From Chiloscyllium plagiosum (taxonomy: Eukaryota), in contig NC_057717.1 of the NCBI RefSeq assembly GCF_004010195.1, positions 105,824,719-105,867,460 of the forward strand: a stretch of DNA of 42,742 nt, given 5' to 3'. Within the stretch, counting starts at the first letter, position 1; each line of letters starts with the position of its first letter. The position numbers and the translations under genes are program-made. Shown piece after piece: positions 10,984-23,715 of the stretch. The notes beneath the pieces were generated by a model, which was not told the origin of the DNA, did not search any database, and was given only the letters and a program-made list of their open reading frames with translations.

Positions 10984-13473
10984 TGAATTGGATGATCAGC
11001 CACAACCACAACAAATGGCAGAGAAAAAGCAAGAGCAAGAGCGAGATGCTAAGACTATAATCATGCTGACTGTTATGTTGCACAAGTGATGGCAGTTGAG
11101 AAGGGAATCCAGTCCATGATTAAAAGCTTTGTCAGTAAGTTTGCGCATCACTGTGCCTTAATAAGGATTCAACAAGCTAAAGGGAGACAACCTGAAGAAA
11201 AACGAGAAAGATACAGTTTCAGAAATCACATTATTAGCCAATTTACGTCTCATTTCTATTTACTTGTCTTTGCCCCATTTCTTGCGATGCCCTTAGCTGT
11301 CAAATCTCTCAAAAATACTAAATAGACCTATAGCATCCATCACCATCTGGGACAAAGAGAGCTTCAGATTACATTAACCTTTGAGAAAGTGATTCCTGAT
11401 TCAATGAATGCTTTCCCTCAAGTCTATTGTCTTTGTTGTCAATTCCCCAGAGTGAGATGTCACTCATGTTATGATTTTTGATCACTTCATTCCCTGATCT
11501 TCCATTGTTATGGAAATGTAAGCTACAGTTATGCAACCTGCCCCCCCACACACTCACCTTGTGTCATTGTGACCTTCAAGGTCAGTGTCCAGATCTGAAC
11601 GCAACATTCCAGATTGGGAAAGAATTGCTCAGTTCAGTGATGTATTTTCCTTTCTCAGAGCAGAAAATCATGTTTCATTTTAGAGTCAGTTGCCATCCGG
11701 AACTGTCTAAACAAATTAAATGGCTTTGCTGTTGGTGTATTTTAATGCTAGAGGAACAGCGTTAGGTTTAGCAATTCCTCAGCCTGCAGTGTCACAAATT
11801 GGGTAGGATGGTCAAACTGAGAAAAGAGTTTCTAGCAAACTCTTCTTTCAAAATATACAACTCCTCCACCACCTTCTGGGGAAGAGGGTTCCCAAGTTCC
11901 ACATCCCTCAGAAAAAGTTTCCTTCAGCTTGATCCAAAGAGTTAAACCTTAAGTTTTAAACAGAGACCTCAGGCTCTGCACTGACCCCTAAGAGCAAATT
12001 TCCTTTTTACATCCACCTCAACAAGATCATTGAGGACCTCAAGCTTCAATCAAGTTAACCTTCGATCTTCAAAACTGCAGAGGCAACAATTCAAAAAGCA
12101 GAAATTGCTGTAAAAAAAAAACTCAACAGGCATGACAGCAGACAAAGTACAGTCAATGTTTCGGATGGGATCTTTCTTCAGAACCTATCCAATATTTCCT
12201 CAAGACAAGCTGCTCATTCTTGGTGTCAACCCTATTAACCTCTTCCAAATCACCTCCAATGCATCAACATCCTTCTTTAAATGAAAGAACAATGTGGTCC
12301 ACTTGAACTTCATTGTCCCTACACATCCCCAAAATATAACTTACAGCCACCCTGCCCAATTATACCCGCACCCATGATCAGCATCATTAAGGGATTCAGA
12401 ATCTGGAAAATTCCACATTGGGATTCCAACATGATCAATTCCTCCCACTTCAGCTAGAGCAGTGCTCGCAGTCCTGCACAATGTTCCTCCAAAAAGAAAG
12501 GTTTCAAAATCCAAGGAAGGCATCACACAAAAAAAGCCATTCTCACACTGCTCAGAACTATACACTGCCAATTTTACATTAAACAATGTGTGTTTTGGAT
12601 TAACAAGTTGTGAAAAAAAGTTAACTGTAAATTTGTTGCAAGAATTGGAAACTGGTTGCAATGCACTGCCATTTGACCTCAAACTCAAGTTGACCTGTTG
12701 TAAAGATCAAGCACTGTCATTTCTTTTTGGGGGTGATTGGAGAATGAATTACCTTTTATTTCAGCACATGACAGAACATCTGGAAAATGATTTTTTCAAA
12801 AACGCACAAATTATACGCCTGCTCAAAGAGAAATACAATGGACTCCATTCTCCAAAACCATGCTATCATGGAGAGGCACAAAGCAAACACGGGTATCTTG
12901 CATTACAGAGAATGCAATTCAAAGTTAGTGGCAGTGACTATAAATGAATAAATTCCCATTTAAAGGGGAAATGGGGCTCATGCAGGCTGAGTTAACTATA
13001 AGTCACTCAACCTGTTCCAGAGGCGCGCTCTGAATTGCTTAAAAACGCACTGGGGAGCCTGATGTGAAGCCACATGTCTTTGATGAACAATAAATCTAAA
13101 CAGTCAGTAGGTTTGTTGAGGTTCCCAATGGTACACCCACGATCCTTTTGTGATGGGGCGGAAGGATTTGAAGCAGGGGCGAGGACGTTAATTTATAAAA
13201 ACCATTTCCAGGCGGGACGGCCTGTAAGAAGGAAGCCTTCCAGACCCCGGGCAACGCCAGGAGAGGGGAGAGGGGAGGAGGTGCCGGATCCCCCTTCCAT
13301 TCCCAGGGCTCCCCCTCTCCCCCGGGGGAGAGAGAGAGAGAGAGAGAACACAGGGTCGCCCCACACCAGCCGCCACCTCCCCCATGTAGAAGCCCGGCGC
13401 GGCCTAGTCGGCCAGGCTTCCCTCCCTGTCCACCTGCTCACACACAGCTCCCCCGCCTCCCCCTATAACTGAC

Positions 13474-13605
13474 CTGCCGTGCCCGCTGCACCGCGTCCGC
13501 GAAAGCGTCCGGCTTTTTGAAGGCCGCCCCGCCGGCCCCGGCCCCGGCTCCGGCCGCGCCGGCACCGACTGCGTGCGGGGGCGCCGCTGCCGCGAAGTCC
13601 GCCAT
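13474..13605 (-). CDS. KHSRP: KHSRP/FUBP2 coding exon 1 (MADFAAAAPPHAVGAGAAGAGAGAGGAAFKKPDAFADAVQRARQ, 44 aa)
   Basis: ATG in strong Kozak context (gaaATGG) inside a CpG island; ends in the FUBP-family N-box DAFADAVQRARQ followed by a phase-0 GTCAGT donor. Confidence 0.93.
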
Positions 13606-14125
13606 TTCCAGCTGGGTCCGCCGCTGCACCGACTCGCTCGATCGCTCGCTCGCCCGGCGGGTGGATCCGCGGCTCTGGATTACGTTAGTTGTTTTTTTTT
13701 CACCTCACTCTCTCCCGCCTGACGCCCGGGCACCGGTTCCAGTTAGCCTCCTAATCCTCGCCGCTCGCAGGCCCGGGCCCAGTAATGGCTTCCAACCCTC
13801 CCGCCTCGACACCGCCAAGAGACGGACGGGGAGGGGGGGGGGGAACGGGGAAAGGGGGAGGGCCTGAAAGCACGGTGTGAATGACAGCTCCTTCGTCCAA
13901 TGGACGAGCGACGTTTGGCCATGCCGTCGTGATGGACGCGGCTATTGTCCAATGGAAAAGCCGTATGCGTTTGTCGCCTGCCTGATTGATGGCACGGTTA
14001 CCTAATAGCAACGCGTCATGTCCTCGACGTCATTGTGATTGGCGGACATGTGCTGCAGCGGGATCCTGGAGTGCGTGTGACATCACCGCGAGGGCCGGCC
14101 AAGCGGCGGAGCGTGCGTTTTGGTT

Positions 14126-14475
14126 GGCGGGCGGCGGCGCCAATGGCCGCGCGAAATGGTCGGAGGGCGGTCTGCAATGTCATGCTGTGCAAAGGAAAAA
14201 AAATGGAGGGCAGGTTGGATGAAAGATGAGGAGAAAATTTCACCCTCTTTTTCCATTCAGTATCTGTGTGATATTTAATGTTTGCAAGCTTGTTCCGGCG
14301 GGCGGCGGCGCCAATGGCCGCGCGGAATGGTCGGAGGGCGGTCTGCAATGTCATGCTGTGCAAAGGAAAAGAAATGGAGGGCAGGTTGGATGAAAGATGA
14401 GGAGAAAATTTCACCTCCTTTTTCCATGTAGATATTCAGTATCTGTGTGATATTTAATGTTTGCAAGCTTGTTCC
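14126..14475. repeat. Tandem duplication (171 and 179 bp) in the KHSRP upstream region
   Basis: 14126-14296 is nearly identical to 14297-14475. Confidence 0.95.
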
Positions 14476-17400
14476 GCGAAATTGGTGGACGGCATCATCC
14501 GTCAGGGAGGGTTTTGTGGTGAATGAGGGCTATACAAGGATTGGCAAAGCGCCATTTGTCTTCCATTGGCTCCCCATGGCCTTGGCACCAATACAGCTAT
14601 GAGGCTGCACTCTGAGCAGGCTCCATGGTCGTGCCCCTACCTTTGAGCTAGGAGGCTAGATTTCAAGTCCTACCTGTTCCAGAGGTGAGTAATAATATAT
14701 GTGAACAGGTTAGATTAGAAAATAGTTTCCTTTTTTTTTTACATATCACTGTGGTGCCCACTGCAATCCATTGCCATTGACACATTGAAGAGCACAATGA
14801 TGTCACTTTAAGACAAAGGAACACGAGGCAGGCAGTTCAAATGAGATCACAACTAATCTGATCATCCTCACCTCCACTTTCCTGCCTTTACCTCACAACT
14901 CTTACTGATTTAAAAAGATCTGGTATACCTGAACCTGAGTTAGTTTGTTAGATCTCTTCTGCCAGCCTTGCCTGAATAAAATGTTAGGTATCACTTAAAG
15001 AGGCATCATTACCCAATGAAGGCATGTTACGCAGGACGAAGGTGCCTCGAAGGCATTGTGAAACAGAGACGATTGGAGATTGGGAAAACATATAGACTGC
15101 CTCCCTGTCATTCGCAGTTAAGTGGACACCAGCAGGTTGGAAAAGAAGATGGAGCTCACCAAAGAAAACTCAGCCAGTACTTTTGAGGAGGGCCTCCAAA
15201 AGCAAAACACTACCTGGATGGAGTGAGAAAACTTGCAGTGGACCAGGGTCAGCTGGGGAGCCTTGCCTGTTCGTTGTTCCACGTGCGACTTGAAGAACAA
15301 TGTCTAAAGTAACTTGTTGCCTAGATAGTTCCTGTTGGAAGAGTTATCTTAATATAATTTAGAGATAATATATACACAGTAATAAGCTATTAAACCCAAA
15401 TGAGCTATTCAAGAGATTTAAACATCATTAGCTAGATGGATAGAATCCTTGGCTGTTGAAATTGAGTACAAAAAGCAACCCAGTTATGCTAAACCTTTAG
15501 AAATTTAGCGCTTAGCTCAAATTCCCTGACCTTTAGAAATTTAGTGTTTAGTTAGAATTCTCTGGCTGGAATACTTTTGTCCAATTTTTGGGACTGTATT
15601 TCAAGAAGCAAGGAAGCAAAGGAGATTTTTGTGATGGTGCCTAGGATTAGAGATTTTGGTTGTATGGCTAAGACAGGGATAGTTTAGAACAGAGATGGTT
15701 AAATAGAGATAAAAACAGAAATTGATAGAAAAATTAAAGTAGATCTGGCAGCATCAGCAGAGAGAAAGCAGATTTGGATCCAGTGACCCTTCTTCAGATT
15801 GGTTAAATAGAGATTTATTTGCGGTTCAAAATCAAGTGGATTTGTTAAGAGCAAAGAGAAAGAAATAGGTTTTCTCTGGCAAAAGTAGATAAAATTATCA
15901 CAGTTATGATCTGAAATGTGTTGTCTAGAAAGACAATAGAAGCAGATTTGGCAATGATTTCTGAAAGAAAACTATATTAATATTTGAAGTTGAGAAAATT
16001 GCAGGGTAATGTAGTAAGGGCATTATTGTGTGATTAATAGGCTAGCTGTACTAAAGAGATTGATCCATTTCCTTTGTTGCTTGTTTCAATGATTTCACCT
16101 TTCAAGTTTGTTGAATGTCCGGAATTTTTTGAAAGTGGGGGCACTTTTGAAATATACTGTTGTGTCAGTAAAATGGCAGCAAGCTTAAGCTCAGTTTAGA
16201 ATAATGATCAAATAATCTTTATTTGTGATGTAGGTTGAAAGATAAATGTTAGCCAGGATACTGGGGGAAGCTGCCCTGATCGTCATCAATTGGTGAGATG
16301 GGACATTTCATGCCCACCTGTACTACAGGTTGTCTCCAACAGCCTCTTAATTAAAGTTGCTTTTTCTGTCCTCACCAACTTGTGACAGTTGGAAGAAAAG
16401 TGGCAGGAGAGAAAATGTTTCTCACTCTAAGTAATCCCTAAAGAAAACCAGCTGAAGAGATTTACATCTTAATTAAATATCTTATGGGAATCAGAGAAAG
16501 TTCCAGAAATTAGCATTTCCCATCTCCCTCAAAAGCTCTTAAAGTTGAACCGTTAACTTAATCTCAAAGATTTAGGTTAACTTTCCTTCTTAACTTTTCC
16601 TCTCATAATACCACTGCAGAATTGTGTCCAGTCTGTGTATGAATGTCTGTGTGTTTGGGATTCAGGGGATAGAGTTTAGTTCTGTGTATGAGCTCAGTTG
16701 ACGACCAGTTTTGCAACTTAAAGAATAAGCTGGTTGAGAATAAATTAGTTTGTTTTGAGTTTATTGAAAGGGCTGATAAAAGTCTCTTGCTCTTGTTAAT
16801 TGTGATTAAAAAGAAAGAAATTGATCAGTTTTGGTGACTGAATAAGACATTTACACGCTTGGTATGGTATGTGGAGTAATGGGACTTGTCTGCACTTCTC
16901 ATTAGACTTGGAAAACCACAAACAGTGCTGCACTCCATTCACTTTGTACTGGAGTTCCACCCATGTGGATGGGTTCAGATCTCTAGATTTTGAGACAGGA
17001 ATATGACTGACTCAGTGTGGTTGACCTTTTGTTTCTGCTGTTTTACAGTGTGTACTTGAAAAATTGGTGTCATGACTACTGCCCCTAATTGAACAAAGCC
17101 TCACCATCCTGCCCAATCCTCTCCAAGTCAAATGGCTGTCCACATTACGCTTTATTAAGTGGGAGGATGACATCTGTCATTTGTATTACTGCACCACTAG
17201 TAGGCAATCCCTCAGCTCCCTTGTCTCTGGAGTTCGGTTCGCTTAATGTCTCGCTCTTTCTGTGTTCTACCTCAAGACACTCCTGTAAGCACCAAAATCT
17301 CCTGAAGTAACTCAGTGTCAAACTATGTTTGATATAAGCTGTGAATCATCTTGAGATGTGTTGCCATATCAAAGGTACTGTACAAATGTAAAATGATGCT

Positions 17401-17548
17401 ACAATGAATCTTATGTTGCAAACTTGCTCCAAAGGATAGAATAATCTGAAAGTTAAAGGGCATCACATAGCAGTCAGAGATTCGGACTGTCCCTTCAGTT
17501 CACAGATCAGCCTCAATGAACAGCAGTGAGGAATTAAGAGCAAGTGCG

Positions 17549-17554
17549 TTTATT
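17549..17554 (-). terminator. Candidate polyadenylation signal AATAAA for the SLC25A23-like gene
   Basis: tttatt on the + strand, about 570 nt past the stop codon; usage is inferred. Confidence 0.4.
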
Positions 17555-18119
17555 AAATTATTAAAACTATAACTATGTACATACAGTGTTCTGACATCAC
17601 ATTCTGCAGTAAAATTCTCATGCATTACCAGGTTACCAGCTGCATTGGCAAGACATCGCATGAGAAACCATTTTCCATTTAAAGACTTCCTGAAAGCAGC
17701 ACTGGGATGAGGAGATTCTGAATACCATTGCTGGTCAATCTCAGCTGGGGTTGCTCTTTGCTGACCCAGTGTTTCTTGTTGAAAAGTGCACCTCAAGTGA
17801 GGATAAAATTAGGAATCCAATCCAAGTCCTAAACGGCGATCTTCAAGCAGGCTGAAGATCATTTCCCTGACTTGATCGAAGGCAGCAATGCAAAGGAAAG
17901 CTGCCCTGAGAACAATACAGTGAGGTTTTGGTGATTGGAAAATTGCACAATCAAATAAAAAGGAGGATTTAAGACTGGAGGTAACTGTTGAGTTCAGAGA
18001 GGACATTCATCTTCAGTTTGGCTAGCATGCGGTAATTTTCTGGAGTTCTTTTTGCTTAGAGAGAACACAGGAACAAAATAGAGAAGAATTGTCCATCAGC
18101 CAAGGGTCTTGGTACCCCA

Positions 18120-18304
18120 TTACTTCGAGGTGACACCCAGGAAGAATTTCATATATTCATAGACAACGTAGCTGATGCTCACAGCAGGGATCACCTTCAT
18201 GAAGTTGGGGGTAATTCCTCGGTACAGGCCAGACCAGCCTTCACCTTGCACTATCCGGGTAAACTGCTGGATCATGGTGAGCTGGGGCTCATTTTTGATG
18301 ACAG
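18120..18304 (-). CDS. SLC25A23: SCaMC carrier terminal exon 10 ((A)[60 protein letters not shown])
   Basis: Translated by hand; [31 protein letters not shown]-terminus; TAA at 18120-18122. Confidence 0.9.
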
Positions 18305-18682
18305 CTGTGGGATGAAAGTAGAGAATATTTGAGGTTTTTAATTACCCTGCTCCTGCTAACTGTCTTACAGTCTATCCAGCACGCTCTGTTCTCAAGTCTG
18401 GTCCCCCTCCCTGCCCCCAACATCCTCTTATGCTGGCCTCCACTCTGCCCCTGCCCTGCTTCCACTCCTGACCCCGCGATCATGTCCCCAACTCCAGTCC
18501 TGGGCCCCCTCTCTGGCCCTCATTCCTTATATCCTGAGCTCTTGAACTTTATCAAGCATCTTCTGATATAAGTATTATTGAGTTCATTGTATTGGCAAGG
18601 GGATCACAAACCCCAGCTCCCATTTCAGAGTGTCCCACATCCCCATTCTTAGCGTAATACTGCAGGAACCTCTCAATCTAAC

Positions 18683-18833
18683 CTTGTGCTTGCATCCTAG
18701 TCCGTACGAGTGCCAGTGGGTAGCTTGCGAGTTGACCACAAGTACTGGAGATGGTGCCACAGGCAAGCAGCACAAAGACTCCAGGATCAGTACTGGAATG
18801 GCCGTAGGTTTGTAAGTATTTGTTCTTCACGGT
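18683..18833 (-). CDS. SLC25A23: SCaMC carrier exon 9 ([50 protein letters not shown]+1 nt)
   Basis: [19 protein letters not shown] hallmark; AG/GT boundaries; 151 nt. Confidence 0.9.
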
Positions 18834-19457
18834 CTGCCATTGAAGAGAAAGAGCTTCATGAATGGGAAGTAGTGCACAGAACTGGAAATGAGACTGAGTT
18901 ACCCACAGTTTGTGGAAAACAGCAGCTGCCAATTGCTCTGCCACTTCAGGATGTGTTGTCCCACGTTTCATCACAGGCAGATGTAGCTTTTTAAAAACCT
19001 GGCTGAATTGGTGGAAGAAACAGATTCAGTCATAACTTTCATCAGGGAATTGGCCAAATACTGGAAAATGAAAGAAATCAAAGCTCTGGGAAAAAGAGGA
19101 ATGGAGGTGGATGACTCTTTGAAAAGTTAGCACAGCCTTAATGGACAGAATGGCCTTCTATTATTGAAGGCAGAAAAGCAGCTCTTCACCCAGTGGTCAT
19201 CTTAGCTGGTCAACTGTGAGTTCTCACTACATTCCTCATTCTCCACAGATACTCGTGCCCTTTTTAAAGGATTAGTGTCTCTGCTGAAATGTCATCTGTG
19301 GGTGTCAGCAAACCTCCATTAAAACCCAGGCAGTGTGGACAAGATCACAATGCAGCACGCGCACACCCGAATCAGAAGAAAATATCCGATTCTGGCCCAA
19401 GGGACATTCAAGAAAGTTTCACACAAGTCACACAATCACTTTCTTTTTAAGAGTTAC

Positions 19458-19625
19458 CTCATAGACAGCAAGATCAATCCCGGCATAAGGAATGATTCCA
19501 ATAACATTTGGGATGTATCCTTTGAAAAATGCACGTGGGCCTTCTGTCCTGAGCATCTTCTGGGCACAGTGAAAGATTCCCATATATTGGCCACTCTTTC
19601 CAAGACCCATCCTGGTCTTCAGCAC
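19458..19625 (-). CDS. SLC25A23: SCaMC carrier exon 8 ([56 protein letters not shown])
   Basis: [14 protein letters not shown] hallmark of ATP-Mg/Pi carriers; AG/GT boundaries; 168 nt. Confidence 0.9.
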
Positions 19626-19989
19626 CTAAAGGATCAAAGGTTGGTCGTGAGGATGAGGGGTTCCTTGTTAAGTGAAGATAACAGAGCTTTCAGGGTTAGG
19701 GAGACATTTAGGAGGAATAAGGAGAGAAAGAACTTGCATTCTTACAGTACTATTCATACCCTCAAGTTATCCCAAAGTGTTTTTCAACCAGTGAAATACT
19801 TTGTGAAGTGGAGCTGTTGTGATGTAGAGGTAGTTCTTAGTATAGCTCTCATACTCGGTAATGTATTAAATAAGCGAATAATTACTTGAGTGATGTCAGT
19901 TGAATATTAAATATTCGCCAGGATATCAGGGAGAATCTCTTGCTCGTCCCTGAAATACTGCCGTGGGCTCTTTTATCCTGAGAGGTTGG

Positions 19990-20272
19990 AGATAGTGGTG
20001 CAGTAATCCTGAAATCTCTCACAGCCCCTGATGGAATTTAAATCCAATTCATAAATCTGGGATATTAAGATAATCACAGCCATGGCAACTGTAAAAACCC
20101 CTCTGATTCATTAACGTCCTTTAGGGACATTACCTGGTCTGGCCTATGTGTGGTTGACTCTTAACTGCCTTCTGAAATGGTCCCAACAAGTCATTCACTT
20201 CCAAGGGTAATTAGGATGGCAATAATTACTAGTTTTGTCAGTGACACCCACATCCCTTGAAAGAATGAAAAG
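19990..20272 (+). mobile_element. LF-SINE-like remnant
   Basis: Resembles the LF-SINE core as recalled (gtaaaaaccc..tcctttaggg..tggtctggcctat..gtggttgactcttaactgcc..tgaaatgg); not aligned computationally. Confidence 0.5.
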
Positions 20273-21415
20273 TAAATGACCTGAGAGAACGTGGGACTTT
20301 GTTTCAGTATCATATCTGAGAGGTAAGAATGGTGTTTGACTGCAAAATGTTTGCAGATTAATTGATGAGTATCCTGGCTCATTAAATCCCAGCATCCTTA
20401 ACTCTATTTCACCAGGAAAATTCATGACTGGTGTTGAGGACAATTGAGGAATAATTTGATTTTTAGCCCTGTCTCTTCATCCTGAATCCTTTAGTTGGGT
20501 TTTCTTCGAGCGTTCAGAAGAAATGTAACTGACTTTAATACACATTCAATTAAAGTTAAATTTTTATGATTGTGCACTTTTGTACTTGCATCATTTACCT
20601 ATATGTAATTTTTTTTAATGCAATGTACTCAAAATTCTTTGCAAGCTCAATGAAGTGAAACCGCTGTTGAAATATTTGAATATGTTTCGGAAGCTATTGT
20701 TAGTTAAGATCCAATTGAGAAATGATCTGATTGAATGAAGACAGGACACAGTCAAAGGGCTGAGCAGCCTTCTCCTGTGTGGTTGAGGTTAGGCCTTTTG
20801 TTAGTCTGAAGTCTGTCGATCAGGTGACAGTACCTTCTACCTTGTCTAGTTCAGACTGCGACTGGATTGTGCTAGTAAATGGAATATACCGGTTGGTGAG
20901 CAGCATTCTTTTAGCAAGGAAATGAGTGCATTAGCTGCTGCTTTCTTGGGTTCACTCATGATCATTCCTCTCACAAAGTGATCGAAACATCTTTCCATAA
21001 TGGGAATCGAATACATTGACCAAATTCTGAGCAGCACTTTAACCACTGTCTTTCCCAACACCTCACAAGGTTACTCAACAAATCTTAGGTACCTGTCATC
21101 TTGGGAACTATTTACAGAGAGTGAAGTATGCATTTGGATCAGGGTATGGTCGCACATGCTGATTGGTGCTGTTTGTGAAATACTGGTCCGTGGGAATGCT
21201 GCTATCCTATTGCTGGGTGTGTGTGATGGAGACACAGAAAGCTGCAGTTACTGATCGATAAGCAATCACACAAGCATGAAGAGGTTTTTCAGCCCATCTA
21301 GCCTATGCCGCTGCCCATCCTTGAATCAATGTGCACACTGTAGGTCCCGAATTGTCTTGTCTCAGCAAAATCTATCAGTCTCCAATTTTACATTATTGAT
21401 TAAATCAACATCTAT

Positions 21416-21700
21416 TTAGATTAGATTAGATTACGCTTTGGCCCAACAAGTCCACACCGACCCGCCGAAGCGCAACCCACCCATTCCCCTACATTTACCC
21501 CTTACCTAACACTACGGGCAATTCACCTGACCTGCATATCTTTGGACTGTGGGAGGAAACCGGAGCACCCGGAGGAAACCCACGCAGACACGGGGGAGAA
21601 CGTGCAAACTCCACACAGTCAGTCACCTGAGGCGGGAATTGAACCTGGGTCTCTGGCGCTGTGAGGCAGCAGTGCTAACCACTGTGCCACCATGCCGGGC
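21416..21700 (-). mobile_element. tRNA-derived V-SINE (HE1-like)
   Basis: Reverse-complement copy of the same family with (ttaga)n tail. Confidence 0.8.
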
Positions 21701-21875
21701 ACTTATTACTGTCAGGGACATTTCCGCACTCTGCATGTAAAAATGTTTATTAGCTTCTCTCCAGAATAACCTGGCACTCATTTTCAATTGATGAGTTGTG
21801 TGATAAGTTCTCCCCATTATTGGAAAGAAAAATCTTCACAACTGCCCCATTAATTCCTTTCAAAACTCTAGAATC

Positions 21876-22330
21876 ATTAACAAGGGTGTGGCCGGGAATA
21901 GAGGCTCTGAGGTATAAAAATCAACTGGAAAGACTGGGACTCTTTTCACTGGAGTGTCGGAGGTTGTGGGGTGAACTTACTGAGGTTTATAAAATCATGA
22001 GGTGCATAGATAAGGTGACTGACAAGGGTCTTTTCCCTACAGTTGGGGAGTTCAAAACCAGCAGGCATATTTTTAAGGTGAGAGAAGAAAGATTTGGAAA
22101 GGATATAAGGGGTGATATTTTTACACTGAGTGGTTTGTGTGCAGAAGGAACCAACAGAGAAAGTGGTGGAAACAGATACAGTTAGAATGTTTAAAAGACA
22201 TGTTCATGAATAGGAAAGATTTGGAGGGATATGGGCCAAGCGCAGTCTGGTGGGACTAGTTTAGTTTGGGAACATGGTTGGCATGGATCGGTTGGACCGA
22301 AGGGTGTCTTTCTGTGCTGTATGACTCGAT
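21876..22330 (+). mobile_element. CR1/HER1-like LINE 3' fragment
   Basis: LERLGLFSLECRRLWGELTEVYKIM motif and tail. Confidence 0.8.
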
Positions 22331-22419
22331 GAAACAGCCTCTATACTCTTGGGGATAGAGAATCCTCCTGATAACTCTGAGTGCTCATGCTGACTGTAGG
22401 TGATACACAAACTGCTTAC

Positions 22420-22527
22420 CTCCATCGGATAGATCAGAGTCTGGCTGGTGACACCAGCAAGTGAACCTGCCACAAAGCGTTCGTGCACCTCGAGTGTGGA
22501 GTGTGAGGTCGTAAATAACTTTTTATA
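22420..22527 (-). CDS. SLC25A23: SCaMC carrier exon 7 ([36 protein letters not shown])
   Basis: [18 protein letters not shown] motif; gtaagc donor; 108 nt. Confidence 0.9.
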
Positions 22528-23204
22528 CTGTTCAGGAATTTAAAAAAGAAAGTTTTAGCCACGAGGTATCATCACATACCTTTTTAATTACAAGCCTGAT
22601 CATTGCGAAACACAGGGCTGCAGGAGAGGGGCATGATTGACAGAACTTTCAAAAACTCGATAGAAGCATGACGGGCCGAATGAGCTTCACCTGAAAGTGC
22701 AGACAGACCCTCGATTTAACCTTACCTCAGAAGACCAACACCTTGGACAGCGCAGAACACCTCAGCACTGACCCTCCGACAGTGCGGCGCTCCCTCAGCA
22801 CTGACCCTCCGACAGCGCAACATGCCCTCAGTACTAACTCCAATGGAATTGTCCTCTTTGACTTTGTTGGTGTATTTTGGAAAGCAGCATAAAGATCCTG
22901 GGTTTAGCTCTGTGGTCTGTAATGTGTTAGCTATTCAGAATTAGGCACCAACAGCAACATTAAATGAAACTCCGTTCCCTCAGAAATGGAGGAGTGAGGA
23001 TTTTCCTGCTGATACTGAAGGTTCAAATGATATGCCTTCTGGCTGGTGGGACTGTCAAGTGACCCACTCAGTCAATATTCTACCTTCATATTCACAAAAT
23101 CCATAGATGCATGCTGAACCTTGTGAGCTGTTGGCAGTTGTGAAATTATCCTAATGAGAGTTAGCAGCTCCAGATGAGGAGGGAATTAATCACTTTCGTG
23201 TATA

Positions 23205-23715
23205 TATAAGGATGTGATGAAACTTGAAAGGGTTCAGAAAAGATTTGCAAGGATGTTGCCAGGCTTGGAGGATTTGAGCTATCGGGAAAGGCTGAACAGG
23301 CTGGGGTTGTTTTCCCTGGAGCATCGGAGGCTGAGGGGTGACCTTATGGAGGTTTATAAAATCATGAGGGACATGGATAGGATAATGAGAGAAAGTCCTT
23401 TCCCTGGGGTGGGGGAGTACAGAATGAGAGGGCATAGGTTTAGGATGAGAGGGGAAAGATATAAAAGGGACATGAAGGCAACATTTTCACACTGAGATTG
23501 GAGCATGCATGGAATGAGCTGCCAGAGGAAGTGGTGGAGGCTGGTACAATTATAATATTTAAAAGGCATCTGGATGGACATATGAATAAGAAGGGTTTGG
23601 AGGGATATGGGCCAGGTGCTGGCAAATGGGACTAGATTGGGTTGGGATATCTGATCGGCATGGATGAGTTGGACCGAAGGGTCTGTTTCCATGCTGTACA
23701 TCTCTATGACTCTGT
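23205..23715 (+). mobile_element. CR1/HER1-like LINE 3' fragment
   Basis: KLERVQKRFARMLPGLEDLSYRERLNRLGLFSLEHRRLRGDL and (ctatgact) tail. Confidence 0.85.

Larger units (their letters stand above)
13230..14520 (-). promoter_or_regulatory. CpG island / KHSRP promoter with several CCAAT boxes and E2F-like sites
   Basis: Sharp rise in GC and CpG around exon 1; CCAAT/ATTGG at 13897, 13949, 14038, 14140 and 14481; GCGCGAAA at 14149-14156. Confidence 0.8.

Noticed and set aside
12740..12790. Donor-like AAG/gtaatt on the minus strand as an alternative KHSRP exon
   Set aside because: Nearby ATG frames hit stops and nothing else supports it; RNA-seq would be needed
12462..12947. 161-aa + strand ORF in KHSRP intron 1
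   Set aside because: GTG start, no recognisable motif and antisense to the host gene; probably a chance ORF
13074..14466. Cluster of overlapping GC-rich ORFs
   Set aside because: Expected from stop-codon scarcity in a CpG island; only 13474-13605 (-) has family homology and splice support
19335..19889. 184-aa + strand ORF
   Set aside because: Antisense shadow of carrier exon 8 plus repeat sequence; no recognisable domain
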